From assembly GCA_964529775.1 (NCBI GenBank), contig CAZGXK010000001.1:1-53907 (forward strand): a stretch of 53,907 bases of DNA. The letters run 5' to 3'. The translations under genes and the position numbers were made by a program. Source of the stretch: an uncultured Eubacteriales bacterium. GTDB lineage: Bacteria > Bacillota > Clostridia > Oscillospirales > Acutalibacteraceae. This document shows positions 1 through 10,065 of this stretch, in pieces. How positions within the stretch are numbered: position 1 is the stretch's first letter; each line of letters begins with the position of its first letter. The notes below the pieces were generated by a model. The model saw only the letters and a list, made by a program, of their open reading frames with translations. It ran no database searches and was not told where the DNA came from.

Positions 1-100
1 CCGCGCCGTGCCTGCCCGGCCGACGCGCCATCGGTGTGCGTTTCGCGCGCGGCCGGCTTTATGCGGTGCGGTCTAAAACGTTCGAGGAGGAAGACAGGTT

Positions 101-283
101 ATGGCGAATACCGTCACAGTCAGGCTGGTCCGCAGCCTGATCGGTCGCAAGAAGGACCAGATCGCCACCGCGAAGTCTTTGGGGCTGCGCAAGATCGGGG
201 ACACGGTCATCCAGCCGGACAACGAGGCGACCCGCGGCAAGGTGAAAAAGATCGTCCACCTCATCGAAGTGGTGGAGGCGTGA
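101..283 (+). CDS. rpmD: 50S ribosomal protein L30
   Basis: 60 aa MANTVTVRLVRSLIGRKKDQ... typical L30. GAGGAGG RBS at 84-90. Sits directly upstream of L15 and secY. Confidence 0.93.
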   Translation: MANTVTVRLVRSLIGRKKDQIATAKSLGLRKIGDTVIQPDNEATRGKVKKIVHLIEVVEA

Positions 284-316
284 TCCATTTTCAGCGTTTA
301 AGGAGGTGCACGACCC

Positions 317-757
317 ATGAAGCTCCATGAGCTTTCCCCGGCTCCCGGTTCGGTGCGGGATGTGAAGAGAATCGGCCGGGGGCACGGATCCGGCCAGGGC
401 AAAACCGCCGGCAAGGGCCACAAGGGCCAGAAGGCGCGCGCCGGGCGCGGTGTGCGTCCCGGGTTTGAAGGCGGCCAGATGCCGCTGCAAAGGCGGATTC
501 CGAAACGGGGTTTTGTCAACATTTTTGCCACCGACTACGCCATTGTCAATCTCGCCGCGCTCGAGCGGTTCGAGGACGGAGCGGTGGTCGACGCGCAGGC
601 GCTCAAAGACGCCGGCGTGATCAAAAAGGAGAAGGACGGCGTAAAGGTTCTCGCGAACGGCAGGCTCACCAAAAAGCTGACCGTGAAAGCCGCGGCGTTC
701 TCCGGCTCGGCCAAAGAGAAGATCGAGGCGGCCGGCGGAAAGGCTGAGGTGATCTGA
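317..757 (+). CDS. rplO: 50S ribosomal protein L15
   Basis: 146 aa with the Gly/Lys/Arg-rich N-terminus [24 protein letters not shown] characteristic of L15. Synteny L30-L15-SecY. Confidence 0.95.
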   Translation: MKLHELSPAPGSVRDVKRIGRGHGSGQGKTAGKGHKGQKARAGRGVRPGFEGGQMPLQRRIPKRGFVNIFATDYAIVNLAALERFEDGAVVDAQALKDAGVIKKEKDGVKVLANGRLTKKLTVKAAAFSGSAKEKIEAAGGKAEVI

Positions 758-761
758 ACCC

Positions 762-2075
762 ATGTTTCAAACGTTACGCAACGCGTGGAAGGTAGCGGAT
801 ATCCGCAAGAAGATCCTCTACCCCCTGATTATCGTGCTGGTCTTCCGCATCGGGTCGGCGATCACGCTGCCCTTTGTGGATGTGGAAGCGATGCGGGAGG
901 CGACGGCCAACGTCAGCGACGGCATCGGCGTGCTGATGATGATGTCCGGCGGCGGTTTCTCCAACGCCTCCATCTTCGCCCTCTCGATCACCCCGTACAT
1001 CAACGCGAGCATCATCATTCAACTGCTCACGGCCGCCATTCCTGTGCTCGAACGCTGGGCCAAGGAAGGCGAGTCCGGGCGCAAAAAGCTGGGTCAGCTC
1101 ACCCGCTACACCACGGTGGCGCTCGGCCTGATGCTGGGCATTGTCTACTATTTCATGGTGCGCAACCAGTACCATGCGATCCGCTCGTTCAACGGAATCG
1201 GTTGGGAGATTCTGGCGGCGGTTACCATTGTGCTCTGCTTCACCGCCGGGTCTGCTCTGATGATGTGGCTCGGCGAGCAGATCAACGAAAAGGGCATCGG
1301 CAACGGCATCTCGATTCTGCTGCTCGCCGGTATCCTCTCCCGCATCCCCACGGGCGCGAACTACCTGTGGAGAATGTTCTGGGAGGCGGGCATCCAGAAT
1401 ATCTCGAGCGGCGGTGTGTACTATGTGATCATGGTTCCCGTGATCCTGCTGCTGTTCGTCCTGATGATCGGGTTTATCGTCTTCATGACCAACGCGGAGC
1501 GCCGCATACCGGTGCAGTACGCGAAGAGAGTGGTCGGGCGCAAGATGTACGGCGGTCAGAACACCTACATCCCCATCAAGGTGAATATGTCCGGCGTCAT
1601 GCCCATCATTCTCGCGGTGTCTATCATCTCGTTGCCCTCCATCATCGCGGGCTTCTGCGGGAAAGACGAGAGCTCGTGGCACTGGCTGAGCTGGTTTAAC
1701 CAGACCCATCCCTTTTATGTCGTTCTCTATTTTGTGCTGATCATCGCTTTCGCCTTCTTCTATGTGACCATCCAGTACAATCCGCTGGAGATGGCGAACA
1801 ATCTGCGCAAAAACAGCGGGGCGATCCCCGGCTACCGTCCGGGCAAGCCCACCTCCGATTACATCAGCCGTGTTCTGCACAAGGTGACCTTTATCGGCGC
1901 CGTGTTCCTGGGCATTGTCGCCGTCTTCCCGAGCATCTTCGGGGCGATTTCCGGCATATCCGGTCTCGCCATCGGAGGCACCTCGATCATGATCGTCGTC
2001 AGCGTCGCGCTGGAGACGGTGCAGCAGCTCGAGAGTCAGCTGATGATGCGCCATTACAAGGGATTCCTCGAATAG
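762..2075 (+). CDS. secY: preprotein translocase subunit SecY
   Basis: 437 aa polytopic membrane protein. Conserved SecY segments (ALSITPYINASIIIQLL, GEQINEKGIGNGISILL). Position between rplO and adk. Confidence 0.96.
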   Translation: MFQTLRNAWKVADIRKKILYPLIIVLVFRIGSAITLPFVDVEAMREATANVSDGIGVLMMMSGGGFSNASIFALSITPYINASIIIQLLTAAIPVLERWAKEGESGRKKLGQLTRYTTVALGLMLGIVYYFMVRNQYHAIRSFNGIGWEILAAVTIVLCFTAGSALMMWLGEQINEKGIGNGISILLLAGILSRIPTGANYLWRMFWEAGIQNISSGGVYYVIMVPVILLLFVLMIGFIVFMTNAERRIPVQYAKRVVGRKMYGGQNTYIPIKVNMSGVMPIILAVSIISLPSIIAGFCGKDESSWHWLSWFNQTHPFYVVLYFVLIIAFAFFYVTIQYNPLEMANNLRKNSGAIPGYRPGKPTSDYISRVLHKVTFIGAVFLGIVAVFPSIFGAISGISGLAIGGTSIMIVVSVALETVQQLESQLMMRHYKGFLE

Positions 2076-2169
2076 CCTTCGGGGGTGTCCCCCGGTTTAC
2101 GAACGGCTTGTGACGTTGCCGGCGGGGTGTTCCGCCCCGCCGGCACACGGGAGAGAGGAGACGAAGAAC

Positions 2170-2799
2170 ATGAATCTCATTCTCCTCGGCGCCCCGGGCG
2201 CCGGGAAAGGTACACAGGCGGATGTCATCAGCGAGCAGTTCCACATTCCCACCGTTTCCACGGGCAACATGATCCGTGAGGCGCTGAGCAGCGGTACTGA
2301 GCTGGGGCGGAAGGCGAAGTCCTATATGGACAGCGGCGCTCTGGTGCCGGATGACGTGGTCATCGGCATCATCCGGGAGCGCCTCTCGCGCGACGACTGC
2401 CGGGGAGGGTTTATCCTCGACGGTTTTCCCCGCACCATTCCTCAGGCCGAGGCGCTCGAGCGCATGGGTGTCATCATCGACCGCGTCATCGACATCGAAG
2501 TCGCGGACGACGTGATCGCCCGGCGTGTCTCGGGCCGCCGCGTTTGCCCCGCCTGCGGCGCATCCTACCACGTCGACTATAAAAAGCCGGCGGCGGACGG
2601 GGTGTGCGACAGGTGCGGCGGCGCCCTGATTCAGCGCGAGGATGACCGGCCGGACACCGTCGCCGAACGGCTGCGGGTGTACCACGCGCAAACCGAACCG
2701 CTCAAGGCTTTTTACGAGCGGGAAGGCAAACTGATGACCGTGCGGGGCCAGGAGAAAGTCGCGGATACCACCGCGCTGGTCCTGGCGGCGCTGCGGTAG
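2170..2799 (+). CDS. adk: adenylate kinase (zinc-lid type)
   Basis: Internal ATG at 2170 gives MNLILLGAPGAGKGTQ, the P-loop at the canonical N-terminus. CPACG...CDRCG lid cysteines. The track ORF begins 60 nt earlier, which is probably upstream read-in. Confidence 0.94.
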   Translation: MNLILLGAPGAGKGTQADVISEQFHIPTVSTGNMIREALSSGTELGRKAKSYMDSGALVPDDVVIGIIRERLSRDDCRGGFILDGFPRTIPQAEALERMGVIIDRVIDIEVADDVIARRVSGRRVCPACGASYHVDYKKPAADGVCDRCGGALIQREDDRPDTVAERLRVYHAQTEPLKAFYEREGKLMTVRGQEKVADTTALVLAALR

Positions 2800-2812
2800 A
2801 GGCGCGCGGTCC

Positions 2813-3559
2813 ATGATTTCCGTCAAGAGCGGCCGTGAACTGCAGGCCATGAGGGAAGCGTGCCGGCTTTCCGCACAGGCGCTGCAGCTGGCAGGGAGCC
2901 TGGTGCGCCCCGGTATCACCACCGGGGAAATCGCGCACGAGGTGGAGCGCTTTATCCGAAAAGCGGGGGCCAAGCCGTCGTTTTTGGGGTACGGCGGATT
3001 CCCCGCCGCGGCGTGCATCTCGGTGAACGAAACGGTCATTCACGGCATACCCGGTGCGCGGGTGATCCGCGAGGGCGATATCGTCAGCGTGGACGTGGGC
3101 GCGTACTACAACGGCTATCACGGCGATAATGCCGCCACCTTTGCCGCGGGGGAGATTTCCCCTCAGGCGGCCGATCTTCTGAGCACGACCCGCGAGGCCC
3201 TGTACCGGGGCATAGCGGCGGCGCGCCCGGGAGCCCGGGTGGGGGATATCGGCGCTGCCGTACAGGGATATGCCGAGGCGCGTGGCTACTCGGTGGTACG
3301 ACAATTTGTCGGCCACGGAGTAGGCACGGATTTACACGAGGACCCGGACGTGCCGAATTTCGGCACCCCGGGGCGCGGGGTGCGGCTGACCCCGGGCATG
3401 ACCATCGCCATTGAGCCGATGATCAACCAAGGGAGCTACGCGGTGAAGATCCTTCGCGACCGCTGGACGACGGTGACGGCGGACGGAAAGCTGTCCGCGC
3501 ACTTTGAACACACGGTCGCCGTCACCGCAAACGGGCCGGTGATCCTGACGTCGGCCTGA
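2813..3559 (+). CDS. map: type I methionine aminopeptidase
   Basis: 248 aa. Motifs VIHGIP, DIVSVDVGA, GHGVG and TIAIEPM. Canonical adk-map-infA order. Confidence 0.94.
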   Translation: MISVKSGRELQAMREACRLSAQALQLAGSLVRPGITTGEIAHEVERFIRKAGAKPSFLGYGGFPAAACISVNETVIHGIPGARVIREGDIVSVDVGAYYNGYHGDNAATFAAGEISPQAADLLSTTREALYRGIAAARPGARVGDIGAAVQGYAEARGYSVVRQFVGHGVGTDLHEDPDVPNFGTPGRGVRLTPGMTIAIEPMINQGSYAVKILRDRWTTVTADGKLSAHFEHTVAVTANGPVILTSA

Positions 3560-3577
3560 GGGGAGGAAGAGCAACCC

Positions 3578-3796
3578 ATGTCGAAAGCGGACGTAATCGA
3601 AGTGGAGGGCGTCGTGGTGGAAGCGCTGCCGAATGCCTCTTTCCAAGTGGAACTCGCGAACGGACACCAGATTCTTGCCCATATTTCCGGCAAGCTGCGC
3701 ATGAACTTTATCCGCATCCTGCCGGGCGACAAGGTCACCGTGGAGATGTCCCCCTACGATCTCACCAAAGGCCGCATCACCTGGCGCACCAAGTAA
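3578..3796 (+). CDS. infA: translation initiation factor IF-1
   Basis: 72 aa [53 protein letters not shown]..., near-consensus IF-1. Confidence 0.96.
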   Translation: MSKADVIEVEGVVVEALPNASFQVELANGHQILAHISGKLRMNFIRILPGDKVTVEMSPYDLTKGRITWRTK

Positions 3797-3854
3797 AGAC
3801 GGGAAAAGCCGCGGGCGCTTCGGCGCCGTTTCCCCGACAAAGGAGGAGAGAAAG

Positions 3855-3968
3855 ATGAAAGTCAGACCGTCTGTGAAAAAAATCTGTGAGAAGTGTAAGA
3901 TTATCAAGCGCAAGGGGCGCGTGATGGTCATCTGCGAGAACCCGAAGCACAAGCAGCGTCAGGGTTAA
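3855..3968 (+). CDS. rpmJ: 50S ribosomal protein L36
   Basis: Not in the ORF track because it is only 37 aa. I translated ATG 3855 to TAA 3966-3968 as [48 protein letters not shown] at 3841-3848. Confidence 0.93.
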   Translation: MKVRPSVKKICEKCKIIKRKGRVMVICENPKHKQRQG

Positions 3969-3996
3969 TTTGAGAGCGAAAGGAAGGAGACCAGTT

Positions 3997-4365
3997 ATGG
4001 CGCGTATTGCTGGCGTGGATCTGCCCAGAGACAAGCGCATTGAAATCGGGCTGACCTATATTTACGGGATCGGCCGCAAATCGGCGAACGATATTCTGAA
4101 GGCGACCGGTGTCAACCCCGACACCCGGGTGCGCGATCTGACGGAGGACGATATCTCCAAACTCAGGGAACACATCGACCGCAACTATACGGTGGAGGGC
4201 GACCTGCGCCGGGACGTGGCGTTCGACATCAAGCGTCTTATCGAGATCGGCAGTTACCGCGGGCTTCGCCACCGCAAGGGGTTACCGGTGCGCGGGCAGC
4301 GCTCCAAAACGAACGCCCGCACCCGCAAGGGCCCGAAGAAGACGATCGCCAACAAGAAGAAGTGA
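3997..4365 (+). CDS. rpsM: 30S ribosomal protein S13
   Basis: Start moved to the ATG giving [37 protein letters not shown] upstream. Confidence 0.95.
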   Translation: MARIAGVDLPRDKRIEIGLTYIYGIGRKSANDILKATGVNPDTRVRDLTEDDISKLREHIDRNYTVEGDLRRDVAFDIKRLIEIGSYRGLRHRKGLPVRGQRSKTNARTRKGPKKTIANKKK

Positions 4366-4388
4366 GAAAATAGGAGGGAATCAACACT

Positions 4389-4796
4389 ATGGCTGCAAAA
4401 ACCGGTGCGGCGCGCAAAGGGGGAACCCGCCGCCGCAAGGAACGCAAACATATTGAGCGTGGCGCCGCGCATATTCAGTCCACCTTCAACAACACCATTG
4501 TGACCCTGACCGATATGCAGGGCAACGCCCTCTCTTGGGCGAGCGCCGGGGAACTCGGGTTCCGCGGTTCTCGGAAATCCACTCCCTTCGCCGCTCAGAC
4601 GGCGGCGGAGGCCGCCGCCAAGGCGGCGATGGAGCACGGCCTGAAGACGGTAGAGGTGTATGTCAAGGGCCCCGGCGCCGGCCGGGAAGCCGCGATTCGC
4701 GCACTGCAGTCCGCGGGGCTGGAGGTCACCATGATCAAGGACGTGACCCCGATTCCGCACAACGGATGCCGTCCTCCCAAGAGAAGACGCGTTTGA
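4389..4796 (+). CDS. rpsK: 30S ribosomal protein S11
   Basis: 135 aa. [16 protein letters not shown] and [14 protein letters not shown] motifs. Confidence 0.95.
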   Translation: MAAKTGAARKGGTRRRKERKHIERGAAHIQSTFNNTIVTLTDMQGNALSWASAGELGFRGSRKSTPFAAQTAAEAAAKAAMEHGLKTVEVYVKGPGAGREAAIRALQSAGLEVTMIKDVTPIPHNGCRPPKRRRV

Positions 4797-4820
4797 TGAT
4801 TTGGAGGTGCAACTGAAAGT

Positions 4821-5447
4821 ATGGCAAGATATACCGGTGCGGTGTGCAGGCAGTGCCGTCGCGAAGGACAGAAACTCTTTCTGAAAGGTTCCCGCTGCTA
4901 TACCGGCAAGTGCGCGCTGGAGCGCCGCAGCTATGCCCCCGGCCAGCACGGGCAGGGTCGCAAGAAAGTTTCGGAATACGGCAGGCAGCTGCGCACCAAG
5001 CAGTATGCGAAGCGGTATTACGGGGTGCAGGAACGGCAGTTCCGCCATTATTTTGATTTGGCCACGAAGATGCAGGGGGTCACGGGCGAGAATCTGCTCC
5101 GCCTGCTGGAATCCCGTTTGGACAACGTGGCGTACCGCCTGGGATTCGCCAGCTCCCGCGCGCAGGCGCGCCAGCTCGTGACCCAGGGGCATTTCACCGT
5201 GAACGGCCGCAAGGTCAACGTGCCCTCCTTCTTAGTGAAACCGGGCATGACGGTCGCCATCAAGGAGGGCAGCCGTTCGCTCGGGCTCATCAAGGATATC
5301 GTGGAGAGCAACGGCTCCCGCCCGGTGCCCCCGTGGCTCGACCTCAACCGTGAGACATCGGAGGCCAAAGTGGTCGCGCTTCCCGCCCGCGAGGATATCG
5401 ATCTGCCCATCGAGGAGACGCTCATCGTCGAGTTGTACTCCAAATAA
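4821..5447 (+). CDS. rpsD: 30S ribosomal protein S4
   Basis: 208 aa, [23 protein letters not shown]... Lies in the alpha operon before rpoA. Confidence 0.95.
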   Translation: MARYTGAVCRQCRREGQKLFLKGSRCYTGKCALERRSYAPGQHGQGRKKVSEYGRQLRTKQYAKRYYGVQERQFRHYFDLATKMQGVTGENLLRLLESRLDNVAYRLGFASSRAQARQLVTQGHFTVNGRKVNVPSFLVKPGMTVAIKEGSRSLGLIKDIVESNGSRPVPPWLDLNRETSEAKVVALPAREDIDLPIEETLIVELYSK

Positions 5448-5585
5448 GAGATGCGGGTTTTCCGGCGGCGATTCTGTGCGGTTTTCGCCGGAAGGCCCCT
5501 AAGGGCTTGGTCGTAGGGACATAACGTTGACGGCAGGTCGCGGTTTTGCCGCGGTTTTGCCGCGTACTCAAAGGAGGGTTTTCGC

Positions 5586-6539
5586 GTGATTCAGATTGAA
5601 AAGCCCCGCATCGAAGCGTCCGACCTCGCCGAAAACGGCACCCACGGGACGTTTGTGGTGGAGCCGCTGGAGCGCGGTTTCGGCCAGACGCTGGGCAACA
5701 GCCTGCGCAGAGTGCTGCTCTCCTCTCTGCAGGGGGTGGCGGTCACCTCGATTAAAATCGACGGCATCCTGCACGAGTTTTCCACCGTGGAAGGGGTCAA
5801 GGAGGACGTCACCGAGATCGTCCTCAACATCAAGGGGCTCACCGCCCGCATCAACGGCGACGCTCCCAAAACCGTCTACATCGACGCCGTGGGGCCTTGC
5901 GAAGTGACCGCCGGCACCATCAAGTGCGACAGCGAAGTGGAGATTCTGGTGCCGGAAATGCACATCGCGACGCTGGAGGAAAACGCGCACCTGTATATGG
6001 AGATCACCTTAGATAAGGGGCGCGGGTATGTCTCGGCGGAGCGCAACAAACAGATGCTCAACCCGGTGATCGGGATCATTCCGGTGGATTCCATCTACAC
6101 GCCGGTCACCAAGGTGAACTACACGGTGGAGAACACCCGCGTGGGGCAGATCACCGATTACGACAAGCTCACCCTGACCGTGTGGACCAACGGCACCATC
6201 ACCGCGAAAGAGGCGGTGGCTCTGGGGGCGAAGGTGCTCATCGAGCACCTGAATCTCTTTGTCGATCTCTCGGGAGATAAGTATCTGGGCGATTCCATCA
6301 TGGTGGAGAAGGACGACAAGGGCAAGGAAAAGGTGCTGGAGACCACGATTGAGGAGCTGGATCTCTCGGTGAGGTCCTTCAACTGCCTGAAGCGCGCCGG
6401 CATCAGCACGGTGCAGGATTTGATCAGCAAGAGTCAGGAAGATATGATGAAGGTGCGCAACCTCGGGCGCAAGTCGCTAGAGGAGGTCATCAACAAGCTG
6501 AATTCTCTCGGGTTCAGCCTGAAGCAGGAAGACGAATAG
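5586..6539 (+). CDS. rpoA: DNA-directed RNA polymerase subunit alpha
   Basis: 317 aa with a GTG start after an AAAGGAGGG RBS. C-terminal domain motif [16 protein letters not shown]. Confidence 0.96.
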   Translation: MIQIEKPRIEASDLAENGTHGTFVVEPLERGFGQTLGNSLRRVLLSSLQGVAVTSIKIDGILHEFSTVEGVKEDVTEIVLNIKGLTARINGDAPKTVYIDAVGPCEVTAGTIKCDSEVEILVPEMHIATLEENAHLYMEITLDKGRGYVSAERNKQMLNPVIGIIPVDSIYTPVTKVNYTVENTRVGQITDYDKLTLTVWTNGTITAKEAVALGAKVLIEHLNLFVDLSGDKYLGDSIMVEKDDKGKEKVLETTIEELDLSVRSFNCLKRAGISTVQDLISKSQEDMMKVRNLGRKSLEEVINKLNSLGFSLKQEDE

Positions 6540-6614
6540 GGGAGCCGCCCCCGATGCCCCATGGCGCGCGCCAGGCGGACATCTCCCCGGCACAATAAGT
6601 AAGGAGTGAGTGAT

Positions 6615-6956
6615 ATGCCCGGAACCAGAAAGCTCGGCAGACCTTCCGCCTCCCGGATGGCGATGCTTCGGGCGATGGTGACGTTTCTGCTGGAAAACGG
6701 CCGCATTCAGACCACGGTCACCCGCGCCAAAGAGGTGCGCTCCATGACCGAGAAGATGATCACCATCGCGAAAGAGCCCACGCTCGCCAACAAGCGGCTG
6801 GTGTTTTCCTTCGTGACCAAAGAGAGCGCCGCCAAGAAATTGTTCGATGAGATCGCGCCGAAATACACCGAGCGCTCCGGAGGCTACACCCGCATCGTGC
6901 GGGTCGGCACCCGCCGAGGAGACGGCGCGGAGATGGCGATCATCGAATTGGTCTAA
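6615..6956 (+). CDS. rplQ: 50S ribosomal protein L17
   Basis: ATG at 6615, 8 nt after AAGGAG, gives [21 protein letters not shown], the L17 N-terminus. The track ORF starts at GTG 6606. Confidence 0.94.
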   Translation: MPGTRKLGRPSASRMAMLRAMVTFLLENGRIQTTVTRAKEVRSMTEKMITIAKEPTLANKRLVFSFVTKESAAKKLFDEIAPKYTERSGGYTRIVRVGTRRGDGAEMAIIELV

Positions 6957-7055
6957 GATTTTGCCTCATGGGGGGCGGGCGGTTGGGCAATCCGCCCGAA
7001 TTTCCCGTTTCGCCGTCCGCGCCGCATATTTTTTGAAAAAAAATCAAAAAAAGCG

Positions 7056-7084
7056 TTGACAAATCTGGGACGGCGTGGTAGAAT
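7056..7084 (+). promoter_or_regulatory. sigma-A type promoter (TTGACA-17 nt-TAGAAT with TG extension)
   Basis: TTGACA at 7056-7061, a 17-nt spacer ending in TGG, and TAGAAT at 7079-7084. Lies about 55 nt upstream of the 7139 CDS in an A/T-rich patch. Confidence 0.6.
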
Positions 7085-7138
7085 AGCAAAGTAGTTTGGA
7101 AATTGATTTTTTGAACACACAGATCAAAGGAGGAGTTC

Positions 7139-7759
7139 ATGATGAGAAAGTTAATGGCCGTATTGATGGCTCTGGCCATGGTGTGCGTGATGGCGGTGCC
7201 CGCTTTTGCAGCGGATACTCCCAGTGAAACGCCGACCGTGCTGGAAGATCCCGCCACCGGCATCGTGCTGGAGAGCTCGAAAGATCTGGGCGAAGGCCTT
7301 GAGCTCGTCGTGATGCCGGAAGCGGCATCCGAGGAACTGAAGGGCAAGATCACCGAGGGCACCATTCTCGGCGTGTTCGATATCTTTGTGGAGAAGATCG
7401 ACACCCACGAGAAAGTGCAGCTCAATAACGTCTCGGTCACCCTCAAGGTCCCGAAGAGCGCACTGGGCAACAAGGCCTACAAATTCTATCAGGCGGTCTA
7501 TGTTCCTACCGCCGAGAAGATTGCGGCTGTGGCGGATGTTAACTATGTGTCCTTCACCGTCACCCATCTCAGCGAGTATGCGATTATCGGCAGCGACACG
7601 GAGTTTACCACCGGAGGTTCCACCGGCGAAGGCTCCAACAGCGGAGCGACGGCCCCTGTGACCAGCACCTTCACCTATATGCTCGTCATCGGCGGCGCGG
7701 TGGTTCTCTGCACTGTCGGCGCTCTGGTCAGCGTGAAGAAGGCCAAAGAGTCCCGCTAA
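7139..7759 (+). CDS. secreted protein with signal peptide and C-terminal hydrophobic anchor plus KKAKESR tail (possible sortase substrate)
   Basis: N-terminus MMRKLMAVLMALAMVCVMAVPAFA|AD looks like a signal peptide. C-terminus is ...APVTSTFTYMLVIGGAVVLCTVGALVSVKKAKESR, a hydrophobic stretch followed by a basic tail. No family recognised. Confidence 0.7.
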   Translation: MMRKLMAVLMALAMVCVMAVPAFAADTPSETPTVLEDPATGIVLESSKDLGEGLELVVMPEAASEELKGKITEGTILGVFDIFVEKIDTHEKVQLNNVSVTLKVPKSALGNKAYKFYQAVYVPTAEKIAAVADVNYVSFTVTHLSEYAIIGSDTEFTTGGSTGEGSNSGATAPVTSTFTYMLVIGGAVVLCTVGALVSVKKAKESR

Positions 7760-7780
7760 GTCCTTATTTAGCCTTTCAGA

Positions 7781-7823
7781 AAGACCTCTGCTTTTCTTCG
7801 CGAAAGCAGAGGTCTTTCTTTGA
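7781..7823 (+). terminator. intrinsic terminator
   Basis: 15-bp perfect stem AAAGACCTCTGCTTT / AAAGCAGAGGTCTTT with an 8-nt loop, followed by CTTT. Confidence 0.8.
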
Positions 7824-7872
7824 AAGTGCTCCGTGATTTTTCCATGGCACAAACCGGGGGAAGGAAACACCA

Positions 7873-8673
7873 ATGGCATCTCAGAAAACCAATAAGCGCC
7901 GCACGGTCTGGATTGTCCTCACGATTCTTTTCGCGCTGGCGGCCGGCATCAGTGCCGGGGTATTCACCTGGTACTGGCAAAGCGGGCACACGAAGCCGGA
8001 GGGCGGGCGCACCGAGGTGACCACCGCCGCGCCCACCACCGCGACGGAAATTCCGACCACACAGACCACGCAGCCATTGCCGGAAAATCCCGTGGATTTC
8101 GCGACGCTTCAGGCGCAGAATCCGGATATCTGCGCGTGGCTGTATGTCCCGAACACGAACATCGATTATCCTGTCGCGCAGGCGACCGACCAGTCCGACG
8201 ACTTTTATCTCGACCACAACATCAACAAAGAGTACGAATTTGCGGGCACCATCTACAGCGAGAAGCAGAATGCCCGCGATTTCACCGACCGCATGACGGT
8301 GCTGTACGGGCACAATATGCTCAACGGGACGATGTTCCGCACCCTGCATGATTTTGAGGACGAGGCGTTTTTCAACGCCAACCCCACCTTCACCGTCTAC
8401 ACTCCGGGGCACATCCTCACCTACACCATTTTCGCGGCCTATGAATCCGACAACCGCCATATCCTCAACAACTTCGATTTTTCGGACGACGAGGTGTTCG
8501 CTTCCTATATTCAGCAGGCCCGCTCGCCCCGCGCCACCGCGTATAATCTGCGGGACGATGTGGAGGTCGGCATCGGGGACCGCATCGTCACCCTGAGCAC
8601 CTGTGTGGGGTACACACACGATCTGCGATACTTAGTGCAAGGAGTATTGACCGATGACCAACTCACCCAATGA
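7873..8673 (+). CDS. srtB: class B sortase
   Basis: 266 aa with an N-terminal TM helix. NPDICAWLYVPNTNIDYPVAQ, LYGHNM and the catalytic TLSTC motif. Confidence 0.85.
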   Translation: MASQKTNKRRTVWIVLTILFALAAGISAGVFTWYWQSGHTKPEGGRTEVTTAAPTTATEIPTTQTTQPLPENPVDFATLQAQNPDICAWLYVPNTNIDYPVAQATDQSDDFYLDHNINKEYEFAGTIYSEKQNARDFTDRMTVLYGHNMLNGTMFRTLHDFEDEAFFNANPTFTVYTPGHILTYTIFAAYESDNRHILNNFDFSDDEVFASYIQQARSPRATAYNLRDDVEVGIGDRIVTLSTCVGYTHDLRYLVQGVLTDDQLTQ

Positions 8674-9985
8674 GCGCGACGATGTGTGGGCCTTAGTGGA
8701 TGAGATCGAGCGGGGGCGGGAGCCGGCCGAGCCGCAGGCCTCTCCTGTTCGGGAGCCGCGTCCGCCCGCCCCTCAGACGGCTCAGGAGCCGCCCTCTTCC
8801 ACGGAACATCACGAACATCACGGCAACGGTGAACAGCACGAACACAGTGATCATCACGATCATCACGGGCATCACGACCACGGAGAGCATCACGGGCGCC
8901 ACGGCGGGGATGCGCACAGCCACTCCCGCAGCCACAGCCGCTCGGGCGGTCACCGCCGCACCGGAAGACGGGCGGCGCTCGCCGTCGGCCTGACGCTGCT
9001 CGGCATCGTGGCGGTCGCGGCGGGCACTTACGGGGTGCTGCGGCACATGGGAAGGGAGCAGATGCTCCCCTCCGACACTCAGGAGTTCACCGCTCCCTCC
9101 GGCTCGGCGGTCAGCAGCTCGGACAACGGGCGCCGTGTGGAATATCAAGGTCACAGCTATGTCTTCAACGAGAACCGCACCAACATTCTGTGCATGGGCA
9201 CCGATAAGGAGGAGCTCGGCAGCGAGGCGGGCGAGTTCGGCACCGGCGGGCAGGCGGACGCGGTCTATCTGGTCTCTCTCGACACCGAGACGGGCGAGAC
9301 GGACGTGCTCGCCATCTCGCGGGACAGCATGGTGGACATCGACGTCTACGATGAGAACGGCACCTATCTCGGGCAGAACCGTGCTCAGCTCTGTCTCGCC
9401 TACGCCTTCGGCGACGGGAAGGCGAAGAGCTGTGAAAACATGACCAAGGCGGTCTCCCGCATTCTCTACGGCGTGCCGATCAACGCCTATATCTCGGTGG
9501 ATTTACAGACGGTGGGCATTCTGGCGGACGCGGTGGGCGGCGTGCCGGTCACCGCGCCGGAGGACATCGCTTTTCCGGACGGCACCGTGCTCCCGAAGGG
9601 GGAGAACATCACTCTCACGGGGGACAAGGCGGTCTTCTTCGTCCGGCGGCGCGACACCTCCTATCTCGAGTCCAACAACGCGAGGATGGAGAGGCAAAAG
9701 GCGTTTATCCAGTCCTTTTTCAACCAGGCGGTGGCGGCCTCGAAGAGCAATCTGCAAGTTCCTCTCTCCCTCTTCAACCTGATCTCGGAGCACGCCTCCA
9801 CCGATTTGAACGCGCCGAAGGTCACCTATCTCGCCTCCGCCATGCTCGCGCACACCCCGCAGCTTCGGTTTCAAAAACTGCCGGGCGAGATCGTCCGCGG
9901 GGAATTCCGGCACGCGGAATACCACCTCGACGAGGCCGGGGTGTATGAGATCATTTTAGGTGTGTTTTACCGCCGGGCCGATTAA
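8654..9985 (+). CDS. LCP (LytR-CpsA-Psr) family cell-wall glycopolymer transferase with His-rich N-terminal tail
   Basis: 443 aa with one TM helix (AALAVGLTLLGIVAVAAGTYGVL). LCP core NILCMGTDKEE...GQADAVYLVSLDTETGETDVLAISRDSMVDI. Residues about 51-100 are an H/D/E/G/S-rich tract. Confidence 0.85.
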   Translation: MTNSPNERDDVWALVDEIERGREPAEPQASPVREPRPPAPQTAQEPPSSTEHHEHHGNGEQHEHSDHHDHHGHHDHGEHHGRHGGDAHSHSRSHSRSGGHRRTGRRAALAVGLTLLGIVAVAAGTYGVLRHMGREQMLPSDTQEFTAPSGSAVSSSDNGRRVEYQGHSYVFNENRTNILCMGTDKEELGSEAGEFGTGGQADAVYLVSLDTETGETDVLAISRDSMVDIDVYDENGTYLGQNRAQLCLAYAFGDGKAKSCENMTKAVSRILYGVPINAYISVDLQTVGILADAVGGVPVTAPEDIAFPDGTVLPKGENITLTGDKAVFFVRRRDTSYLESNNARMERQKAFIQSFFNQAVAASKSNLQVPLSLFNLISEHASTDLNAPKVTYLASAMLAHTPQLRFQKLPGEIVRGEFRHAEYHLDEAGVYEIILGVFYRRAD

Positions 9986-10011
9986 ACCGCGCGGCGCGGA
10001 CAGGATACATC

Positions 10012-10046
10012 AAGCCCGCCGAAGGACAGAATCCTTCGGCGGGCTT
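10012..10046. terminator. hairpin between convergent genes (probable bidirectional terminator)
   Basis: 15-bp perfect stem AAGCCCGCCGAAGGA / TCCTTCGGCGGGCTT with a 5-nt loop. The flanking A/T runs are only 2 nt. Confidence 0.55.
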
Positions 10047-10065
10047 AATCGACGGTTTCGTTTCG

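Noticed and set aside
1-100. Expected 3' end of rpsE (S5) upstream of rpmD.
   Set aside because: None of the three forward frames gives an S5-like C-terminus. The frame ending at TAA 74-76 reads ...RHRCAFRARPALCGAV. I cannot support a call from about 75 nt.
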